From Podarcis vaucheri (lineage: Eukaryota): a stretch of 64,000 nucleotides of DNA. This document shows positions 49,736 through 59,845 of this stretch, piece by piece. How positions within the stretch are numbered: the stretch's first letter is position 1; the number at the start of each line of letters is the position of its first letter. Position numbers and translations under genes: made by a program. A model generated the notes under the pieces. It made no database searches, was not told where the DNA came from, and worked only from the letters and a program-made list of their open reading frames with translations. The stretch lies in assembly GCA_965113315.1 (NCBI GenBank), contig OZ220382.1. One strand, 5' to 3'.

Positions 49736-50634
49736 CTTCAAATTGTACTCCCATCCCCTGCTCTCTAAATACCAGTTGCTGGAATTTGCATGCTGGGAGA
49801 GCGCTACTGTGCTCAAGTCCTGCTTTTGAACTTCCCATACTGTCGGCCACTGTGAGAACAGGGGACTGGATTAGATGGGACCTTGCCCTGATCCACCAGG
49901 GCTCTTCCTACGTTTTTGGTGTCTGATGGTCAATAAGAAGCTAATGGTGTGCAAGCATCCCTAAAACCAGCTAGGAGCCTTGTATAAACCTTCCTGGAGC
50001 AGTTGAGTCAGACACTCTTCCAGCATGTAAAAGATGCCTTGCTGCTTTCAGCAACTTGAGCAAAACATTGAAAAGATACATCTGTTATAAAAGACTGCTT
50101 TGTGGTCATGGGGAAGTGAGGAGAGCGGATTTTTTGTGGGGAGGGGTTATTGTATCTGCTCAAGTTGTTACAAAAAACAACAACAAACCAAAACACTGAT
50201 AAATTGTTTTGTTTTGAATCAGAAAAAGAAGAAAAGAAAATATGTCCCTAGGATAAAAATCCTGGAGTAATCCCATATTCTCTCATCTTATTTCTAAGTA
50301 GTAAAAAGGAACACAAAAAGTTTCCTTATACTGAGTCAAACCATTGGTCCCTCTAGCTCAGTACTGTATACACTGACTGGCAGTAGCTATCCAAGCTTTC
50401 AGAACAGGAAAGCCTACCTAGAGATGCTGGGGATTAAACCAGGGACATTCTACATGCAGGCCAGATGTTCTACCATGGAGCCATGGAACTTCTGACACTG
50501 TATTTCCAGTTCTTTGGGATATGGGTGAACAATGCAATACTTATTGAGTGGACAGTAACAGCATTAACTCTCACCCAAGGGAGCTTTGGCCTTATACTTT
50601 AGGCCAGAGGTGACTAACCTAGAACCCTCTAAAT

Positions 50635-50771
50635 CAGCCTTTCTCAACCTTGGGTCCTTAGATCTTGTTGGACTACTACTCCCATCATTCCTAGCCATCA
50701 TGACCAGCGGTCAGGGATGACAGGAGTTGTAGTTCAATAACATCGGTGGATCCCAAGTTTGAGAAAGTCTG
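50635..50771. mobile_element. Palindromic hAT MITE nested in an older related MITE
   Basis: TIRs CAGCCTTTCTCAAC / TTTGAGAAAGTCTG; TSD CTCTAAAT / CTCTAGAT. Confidence 0.8.
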
Positions 50772-53225
50772 CTCTAGATGGAATACAACTCCCATCATCC
50801 CTACCCAACACAGCTAATGGTCAAGAATGATGGTCCGACACATCTGGAAGACACTGCAGACAGAGCAACTGCTTCCTTTAGCCACCTTGTGGGGAGCAAC
50901 TACATTTTCAAAAGCTGAGAGGTTCACAATGAATTCTAAACACTGGTTTGAATTACCAACAGTTCTTTTGCCAGCAGACTTCTAGAAGTAATATATTATT
51001 TGGAACACTAAGGTGGTTTCAATATTTTAGTGTACAGGATAAGCACTGAGCTGAACACCAGATGATTAAAATGCAAAAGGTAGATTCCTGCTTAGAATAT
51101 GAAGTCCCCCCAAAAACACTTCACTCTTGTCTTGCATGAAGCAGACATTCTCAAGCGCAAGTGCTAAACTGACACTGATGTCTTACTTCCTTTTAATCTG
51201 CAATGTGTAACTTGTCAGGAACTGGCGGAGCAAATCAGCCTGTACTCTTGAACTGAAAGACAAGTTGTTCCTCTTGTAAGATGTTTATAGAGTAGTTAGA
51301 TTTTTTTTCTCTGCACTAGGGAGAAAATGTTCATAAGAGGCTAACTACCCCCTGCATATATTTCCTGGAGCAGACATGGTTTTGAAATCTTGTAGCAGTC
51401 GTGGTAAGACAATTGGGGGGGGGGACAGCAATTGGCAGAATGGGTGGCTTGGCAAAGGGTTAAGCACTCCTCCCCTCCACTATTTCGCCACTCTAAATTC
51501 TCCCCTGAAACAGCTTTTAATTTTAACAACAACAATAATGTTGGGGCTCAGTTACATCTATAGGCATATATCATGCAGCTAGTTCCTAAAATTATTTTCT
51601 CCTTCTCCCCATGGAAGTCTTAACCAATTTCCTTGTTCTGTATGGAGTGGAACTGTGACTAGGTAGATGGGCAACAGCAGAAGTGGCTGCTCTGCATGAC
51701 CCCAGCAAAAAAGTATGTTCAGGCAGCATGGAAGCAGAGACTAGGTAGAAAAATCATTTTTATAAATTGACAAAACCAGTTTTTTAAAAACAACAACAAC
51801 CAAGTCCTGTGAAAGATGCTAGAAGGGTTGCTGACCATGGGGTATAGAATATGAACACCATGATACAATCATTTGGTTTATTATGACTGCAAGTCTTTGG
51901 GGAGCAAGTGCTGGATATGTGCGATCACCCAGCACTGAGTGCAATGAGTCACAAACAGGTGGCTGAAATGCTGGGAGGAACTCTGAAATCCTCAGAGTCC
52001 GGGGAAGGTCTGTACCTGGAAAAGAAACATCAGCATCACCTTAGCTGGCCAGCATTTGTGGCCCTCTTTGAGGTACGATCTTAGCTAGAGCTACCAGCAA
52101 ATTCCAAAGTTCTCACGGCAATTTTAAAATGCATGTATGGTCTAGGTAAAATATTGATTCAGTGGTTCAACAATATAAAAATCACACAAACTACGTTGCA
52201 TTGTAGCCCCAGTCAAATACCTACACACAACCATAATCTGGTATTTCCATATCCTTAATTATTGCAAATCCCAGGCTGCATGTAGTGGTTTGGCTTCACC
52301 CTCAGAAGCACACTCCATTGTCTCTCAAGACATGTGCCAACAACTCACCCATCTATATTCCAAACAGGGGTGGGGGAAACCTGTTGCTCCCTTGATGCTG
52401 TAGGACTCCAACACCCATCAACCCAACCAGCATGGCCAATAATGAGGGATGATGGGCTCTGTAGTGCAGTAACAGCTGGAGGGCCACAAGCCCCCCCTGC
52501 TTTAGAATACACTTCACTTGATCCATATTACTGAGGTCTGTTCTCTCCACCCCACCCTGTGAGATTAGAGTGCCCATATGCTTCACTATTTAGAGGACAA
52601 TATACAGAGTCCTCTATCCAAGTCCAGTTTAACACTTAAGAAAAAAAAACATAAGGGGCTGTGAAGCGGCCCACAAACAGTAAGATTGCAATACAGTTGT
52701 GTTGAGCAGACACAATGGCCAATTTGCATCTTTACATGTAAGTTAGCATATGCACAATTTATGCAAATCTCTGTCCTCTTTAATCCTCTGTTTGGGTGAT
52801 GTATTTCCTTTTTATTTGGCAGCCTATAAGCAGCTACCTTAGTAGAGGCAGCCTGTTTACTTAGATGCTTGTGAACATGCCAGTTCTCTTTGTAAATCAA
52901 AGCTTATCACTCAGAAACAGACACCTTCTGAGCCTCCTCCTTCCACCCCGTTGGATAAATGATATTAACAAGTGTGAGTGACCTGGGAATGGTTAAAGGA
53001 AAGTCTGGCATGTTGGGAGGCTATGCTGTGTGTGGAAGTGTAAAGTCCAGGGTACTCAGAGAAGGCCTCTGAAGATGACCTGATAAGTATGTGAATGATT
53101 TTATAAGGGGTTTGATGCACTTTTAACAGTGCTAAATTTTGATGGGTTGACAGCTGGTTAAGCTTCTTGCACATTTTAGAGGTCCCTGTATTCTCATTTG
53201 CTATAGTTCTTCAAAATTCTTTGTA

Positions 53226-53438
53226 CAGTGGTACCTCGGGTTACAGACGCTTTGGGTTACAAACTCTGCTAACTAGGAAGTGGTTGCTCCAGGTTAAGCA
53301 CTTTGCCCCAGGATAAGAACGGAAATTGCACGCCAGCAGGGGACCCCATTAGCTAAAGTGGTGCTTCAGGTTAAGAACCGTTTCAGGTTAAGAACGGACC
53401 TCTGGTACGAATTAAGTTCTTAACCCAAGGTACCACAG
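53226..53438. mobile_element. Tigger-like MITE
   Basis: TA-CAGTGGTACCTCGGGTTA...TAACCCAAGGTACCACAG-TA. Confidence 0.88.
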
Positions 53439-53868
53439 TAATGTGTAGGGATTCTGTAGCTTGGTCAATGCCCAGAGACATACAGGTACCTTGACAGTAG
53501 GAAAGACCACTGTGCCATGATGGCGAGTTCTACTGGTGGAATAAGATGAAAAGGTGGTGGTGGGGAAGCAGGTTTTCATCAAAATAAGAAGTGGGTCAAA
53601 TGTCTTCCCTATTTCTGCTTAAGGAGTAGCTGCGAATGTTGAGAAAATGAGATGGAGAAGACTGGGAGGTAAGCAAGATGGCAAAGGAGTATATAATGGC
53701 TCAAGAGTAGAAAATAAATTTGTGTATTTTATTTGTCGGGCAGTAGAGCTCTGGAAGAAATCACTGGAGATATGAGTTTGCAAATACTGTGGTGGGGGAG
53801 TCACCAGCTTAGCTTCTTCCAAAATCATGGTGCGGCCACAAAACAGAAAAAGGAGTAACCCCCCATAC

Positions 53869-54014
53869 CTCTTTTACGCAGAATGATGCTTGCACGTTTC
53901 CGTCCATTTCTGTTTTCTACGTGGCATGTATAATTGGCCAGATCTGGCTCCTTCACAACGTCAAAGATTAATGCCAACTCCACTATTTTTTCTCCAAGAT
54001 GCTCTTTGAGAAGC
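53869..54014 (-). CDS. IL1RAPL2: IL1RAPL2 coding exon (exon 8 equivalent), C-terminal half of Ig domain 3; 146 bp; not in the supplied ORF track
   Basis: Manual translation (R)LLKEHLGEKIVELALIFDVVKEPDLANYTCHVENRNGRKRASIILRKR contains the Ig D-x-x-x-Y-x-C motif. Acceptor tttctcttag|, donor |GTATGG; phase 2 in, phase 1 out. Confidence 0.96.
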
Positions 54015-55160
54015 CTAAGAGAAAGAATCGTTTTTAGAAGATTGTCAGGCTCACATTGGCAGGGAAACTGAAGATGGATTGGATTTATTCACAAAGCATC
54101 TCTCTCTCTCTCCCTCCCCCCCCAACTTCCTCTGGATTGCATTATAGTATGAGTGCAAAAATTATCTTGTGGTGGAGGGGAAAGTGGGTCAAGGAAAAGA
54201 GGTAGATGAAAAAGAAGGGCAATAACATGCTTTCATGCAGAAGGTTCAGTCCTTGCCATTTCCGGTTAAAACAGGCCTGTGGCCCACCAGATGTTTCTGA
54301 AGTATAATTCCTATCACCCCTGTCCATGGGTCATGCTGGCTTGGGCTTATGGGAGTTGGAGCCTGGCAACATCTGGTGGGAGTGATGACTGTTTCAGATT
54401 CTGGACAGCTGCTACCAGTCAGAGTAGATGATACTGGGCTAGGAGAAGATATAGTCTGACCTGATATAAGGCAGATTCCTCTTTTAGTTATGCAGTGACC
54501 CTTTCCCACAAATATGCTGGGGGAAACTGCAGTGATCTAAGAATGTGATCTTCAGAACATCAACTCCCATGTATATCCTGAATTATGATTGTGGAATTGG
54601 AAAACACACACAAACAGTGGGCCAGATTCAACTAATGAGTCCCACAATGACGTCTGTTTGAGTAGTAGGGCTTTCCGCCTCCCTCCATATGCCCTACCCA
54701 GTGCTGGGAGGTAGGTAGAATCCCAAAAAAACAGTGGGGAGAGAAGAGGGGAGATCATTCTGTCCAGAAATCAGAAATGCTTGTACTAATGGAAGGATTG
54801 CTGTAACTCTATGCTGAATTCCTCTTGGAGTTAAATCATAAATTACGACATTTCACACAAAACTGTTGTGCTTCTTGACAAAACATTTGGCAGAAAAAGG
54901 CATTGGGTTGTATCCTTAGTCTAAAGCTGGTGGGGTGCCCCACCTGCAAAATCTGGGATAAAACTCAGGGTACCCCAGTAAAGGGGTCCATGGAGAGGGT
55001 TCTGTCTGAAAGCCCAAAGGTGGGCTGCTGGCCTACAGAACATCCCTGAATGGCATCCTGGTGGGATTTCCCCATTAGATATGCATCAATGGATGGTGTC
55101 CATTTGCCAGGATTGCCCCTGATGGGGATATCCACCAGCAATAGGTTTGCCCTGTACCTA

Positions 55161-55566
55161 CAGTGGTGCCCCGCAAGACGAATGCCTCGCAAGACGGAAA
55201 ACCCGCTAGACGAAAGGGTTTTCCGTTTTGGAGGTGCTTCGCAAAACGAATTTCCTATGGGCTTGCTTCGCAAGACGAAAATGTCTTGCGAGTTCCTGCG
55301 GGGTTCCCCCCCTTTTCCCCAAGCCGCTAAGCCGCTTATCAGCTGATCCGCTAAGCCGCTTAACAGCTGATCCGCTAAGCTGCTAAGCCTCTTATCAGCT
55401 GATCCGCTAAGCCGCTAAACCGCTTATCAGCTGATCCGCTAAGCCCGCTAAGCCGCTAATAGCACTAATCCGCTAAACCGCTAATGGGCTTGCTTCGCAA
55501 GACGAAAAAACCGCAAGACGAAGAGACTCGCGGAACGGATTCTTTTCGCCTTGCAAGGCACCACTT
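55161..55566. mobile_element. Tigger-like MITE with an internal octamer-based minisatellite
   Basis: TA-CAGTGGTGCCCCGCAAGACGAA...TTCGCCTTGCAAGGCACCACTT-TA. Repeated CGCAAGACG subterminal motifs; internal (CCGCTAAG)-based repeats at 55321-55483. Confidence 0.85.
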
Positions 55567-57201
55567 TATTCCAAAATCCAGCTTACATCTGCAATCAATA
55601 AAGCTTTGGCCACTTTGATCCCAAGCTGGTGTCATGTCTTTCTTACTTCAATACACAGTTGTCAATCTTCTCCCTTGGCAACAGCGGCCTGCTGCACTGT
55701 GGCCCTTAATCAGGTCTTGAGTTTACAAATGCATGAATGGTAGGGCCAGCCCTTGAAACACAAGCCTTGGGAACAGTGGGAGAGCAAGCCTGGGGTGCCT
55801 GGGATGGTGTGTGTGCTCTGCGCCCAGGGGCGGGGCAAGCCACCAGCAGGGGCAAGGCCAGCCACCCATGGGGTGGGGTCAGCTGGGGTAGGACACTCCA
55901 CGGGGGCTCCTCCCACTCAGCCGCCCTACAGCTGGGGTGTGTGTGGAGGCAGCGGAGAGACCGTTTCGGGCAGCCCGGAGCCTGCGGGCACCCAAACCAC
56001 CACGTCACTCCCAGGAGAGATGTGTGGCTTGGGCATTCTGCAGGCCCTGCGGTGAGTTCCGCCCAGCATTTTGTCACCCCCCTCAGTGGTGACACCCGGG
56101 GCAACTCGCCTCCACCACCCCCTTTCTCCGCCCCTGCTTGGGAACATGTTCTTTGTATCCGAGCCAGTTATGAAGATGTTGATGAGACCTGGTTTCATAT
56201 ATGACTAGCAATGACAGAGTGCCACATTTACATCTGTATCAAATTTAAGCTCAAGGCCTTTTACAACTTTGATACCTCTCCCCACCCCACGACTGAGTCA
56301 TACAGATTTTGGTACACTGCAGATTATTTACTTGCACCTGAAAGCTTCCCATGGAAGTGTGGCCTCTTCTCAGAATCTAACAAACCATCTATGTAACAGC
56401 AGTGATAAGTGTTCTCACTTTGTCGCTTTGCTCCTTCCTATAATTCCTCACGCTGTTGGAGGTTTCACTATCCCCCTCATTATCTCATGTGGGTGAGAGT
56501 GCAAAGAGGTAAATTAATCAAGGAGGGGTAAAATAAGGGTTTAATTCAATGTGCCTCCATCCTCACTCTTCATGCAACCCAGTATGAATCTCATTTTTTC
56601 TTATCTTAAAATAAAATAAACAGGAAACATGGTGTGCGAGGGGGCGGGTAGGGGACCAGAGATGGATAGACAATTTAATAGTTTCTGGGAAAGCCTCTTG
56701 AGAAATGTGTACACTGTTTTATGGGCTCAACCAAAGAAAGAGAAAAATTAGCAACTGATAGGGTGATTTATATGCAGTAAAATTCAAAACTGAACAATTT
56801 TCCTCTGTTACAGCAGAAGCGGCAGTATTGAAATTCATTGCGAGTTGCTTCCCAATCAGACACAATTCACAACCCACCAGGCAGGCTTAAAGACTATTAT
56901 TCCTTGTTTAAGAGGACCAGTTCGATTTACACAATGTTTTTATTACAGCTCTTAAAAACCCACCTGGCAAGGAGATTTCATTCTTCCCTCTTCCATGCTC
57001 CCCCCCACCCCTCCCAATCAGCCATTCCTTTCAGCCGTGGATCAGGTGGACCCCACCATATCAGGGAAAGACCTCAGAGTTATCTGCTGGATGATGGCAA
57101 TATAGGCAGGTCTCTTCTCTTAAAGAGTCAGACTTTTTGCCTCTGTGCTACAGGTAAGACAGGTTGCTGGTTTTTACTGTTACTTTAAGAGTTAGGAAGC
57201 C

Positions 57202-57202
57202 A

Positions 57203-57237
<35 letters not shown>
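57202..57237. repeat. (AAAG)n microsatellite
   Basis: Direct reading. Confidence 0.95.
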
Positions 57238-57238
<1 letters not shown>

Positions 57239-57789
57239 GGGTGTGGCTAAAAAGAAGGGGTATTACACTGGGTCTGGGGCTTTCTTCAAGGAGCAGATGA
57301 TTCAACTGGGGGGAAGCATAATTCTGGTGCCCATAGCACTTCTCAGGCACTCCCAGGCTCTCAACACAGCTTGGGATAGGGGGCAGTCCCCTACAGACTG
57401 CTCTCTTCCTTCTTAGCATTCCTTCACTTCCTCCATCTAAGAGTGAATAAGTGCTCCTTACAACAAGGCTTGTAGTAAGTTACCTGTACCAGTGGGAGCT
57501 AAGAGACAGAAAGGCAACCTCTTCCGCCTCTTCCCTGATTCCTTCTCTTTCAGTAACTACTTGCTGGTAAAGTAGATCACTTCCTTTAAGGCTTTGCTTC
57601 CTGCTTCTTCTCCAAGTTCAGTTTGTTCAGTATGTATGTGCCAGCGTGTGCTGTTTTTAACTTCTTGACTCCATCTTGGCAGCATGCAAGACCTATATTC
57701 AAGGCCTGAAGTTTTCTTTATTTCTTTCAACCAGCGGTCTTACCAGACTATTCCACCCCCACCCCCTGTACACTGCTGCAATATATTCA

Positions 57790-57995
57790 CCGTATTTTTT
57801 TGCTCTATAAGATGCACCTGACCATAAGATGCACCTAGTTTTTAGAGGGGGAATGCAAGAGAAAAAAAATTCTTTAAAGGGAGCGCTGAGCAGAGCCTGT
57901 CTGCATCCCAGGCTCTGCTCAGTGCTCCATTTCATGAGCCACATGGAGCGTGTGTGCGGCGCTTGCAGGCTTTTCCCCGAGGAGGGAGAAGGGCA
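57790..57995. mobile_element. Truncated relative of the 27482 element (left end only)
   Basis: CCGTATTTTTTGCTCTATAAGATGCACC..CATAAGATGCACCTAGTTTTT followed by short GC hairpins; no right TIR seen. Confidence 0.7.
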
Positions 57996-58230
57996 GCCTG
58001 TCACTGAAGGTACAAGGGACTCCAGAGACATATTTGCAGAATCTCTACAGTTTCTTCAGGAACAAGAAGGAAGCACAAGCCCAAATGATGCCAAGGAGTT
58101 AGCCATCTATCAACCAACAGCTAGACTAGGGAATGGTTCTCTGTTCAACACAAGCAGCCTGCTAAGTACACAATTTTGAGATACATGGTTTTGCTGTTGT
58201 TGTTTTTAATTTTGGAGTGGTGCCATGTAC

Positions 58231-58360
58231 CTGATTTCCCCTTCTTTAATGTGATTTTCGAGCTCTTCAATAAATCTCTCTCCTCGTGTCCAGTAGATCA
58301 TTGGACCAGACTCTCCGCTGAACCCAAAAAATGCTTTGCAGGCAACTGTTAGTGGTTGAC
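58231..58360 (-). CDS. IL1RAPL2: IL1RAPL2 coding exon (human exon 7 equivalent), N-terminal half of Ig domain 3; 130 bp
   Basis: Translates (G)QPLTVACKAFFGFSGESGPMIYWTRGERFIEELENHIKEGEIR. Acceptor ttttctcag| at 58361-62 and donor |GTAC at 58230; phase 1 in, phase 2 out. Confidence 0.96.
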
Positions 58361-58540
58361 CTGAGAAAAGACGCAGAACAAAGAAAGTTAGATGGATGGT
58401 TGTAAGGATGAGAGCACAATGGTCTATACATTTCTTTGTCAAAGAGGTTTTTTTTAATAAAAAAAACGTTTTGGGATTGAGCGCTGATGAGTTTTCCTTA
58501 AACCAATGAAACTTTGCCTATGCCTGCCTCAGGCTAAAAT

Positions 58541-58654
58541 AAACTCGGCCCTCCAGATGTGTGGGGACTACAACTCCCATCATCCCTAGCTGACAGGACC
58601 AGTGGTCAGGGATGATGAGAGTTGTAGTCCCCAAACATCTGGAGGGCCAAGTTT
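58541..58654. mobile_element. Near-perfect palindromic MITE core
   Basis: AAACTCGGCCCTCCAGATGTGTGGGGACTACAACTCCCATCATCCCT ... AGGGATGATGAGAGTTGTAGTCCCCAAACATCTGGAGGGCCAAGTTT. Confidence 0.8.
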
Positions 58655-59787
58655 GAGGGCTACATTCCTTTCTCAGCAGCCTTCTGGGGGCTGCATGTAA
58701 ATGATGGATGGGGCCTTTGTACAGCAGGCTTCTACAAATACATATCCCTCACTGTCTTCCATCCAGGGAAACAAGAGGCATTATCAGAGTTCAAGGACAC
58801 ATTCCAGCCAGGCAAAACCACACAAGGAATGTGTGGAACAGGGCCAGTGGGACTAGGGAGAGGCTGTGACCTGAGGAGAGTCCTGAGGATCAGACAGAGA
58901 AGCTTGGAGGGCTGCATTTGATATAGCTGTGTGTGTATGTGTGTGTGGCCTGAGGATAGAAATTTTGTGACATTTCTCCACAACATTAACCCTATCAATT
59001 GGCTCATGCATGCCCCATTCTTTTGCCCCATGCTTTCTAGGCAGAGGTCCACACTTTCCCAGTCTGTATCCAAGCATTTTTGGGTTTTTTGCCTCATTGC
59101 TTCCCCCAGGAAAACTCAATCATTACCGCTGAATTGGAGTAAATTACATACTGAGTTTCCTGCAGATTGCCAATTGCTCCAATTTAGTGATAAAGAGCAA
59201 ATTTTTGATGGAGGGGTGTGGATGCTGTCGGACCTTGACCTGGGAAGCCTGGACCTGTTCCTAGAAATGCAGAGCAAACGTAAGTGCTGGCGAACCCTAA
59301 GTTTTTGTTCCACAGTCTGCCTTGAAGCAACAGAGGGCATCTCTATAAGGTTGCAGTTTTGTGCACAACTACTTGGGTGAAAGCTCCCCTGAACATGGTG
59401 CAATTTCCTTCTGAGTAATTTTGTATGGAGCTGTGCCAATTAATATGCTTTTTAGAAATGTTTAACATGTGCTCATGAGTATATGCACAGCTCTTCTTTG
59501 ATTTTAATACGGAGAGGCACTTATAGCAATGTGAGAAAAGGGAAGGGAAGAAAAGCCCTGAGTTGTGGTCAATCAATATTGACAGCATCTGCCCTTTCTA
59601 CAGTATATCACACTGGGAGGTACTAGTCAAACAGCTTGGGCTGCATGTTTCCTATTAACTGACCCACCAAGGTTTCTTTTTTTAAACCAAGAATTCAATG
59701 AGAGGAAATGGAAATATTCCAAAGAGATGTCTAATTTCTACAAAAGCAGAGAACATTTCCTGAAGGGATTCACACTGTTAGAAGAAA

Positions 59788-59800
59788 TATAATAATAATG

Positions 59801-59844
<44 letters not shown>
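59788..59844. repeat. (TAA)n microsatellite
   Basis: Direct reading. Confidence 0.95.
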
Positions 59845-59845
<1 letters not shown>

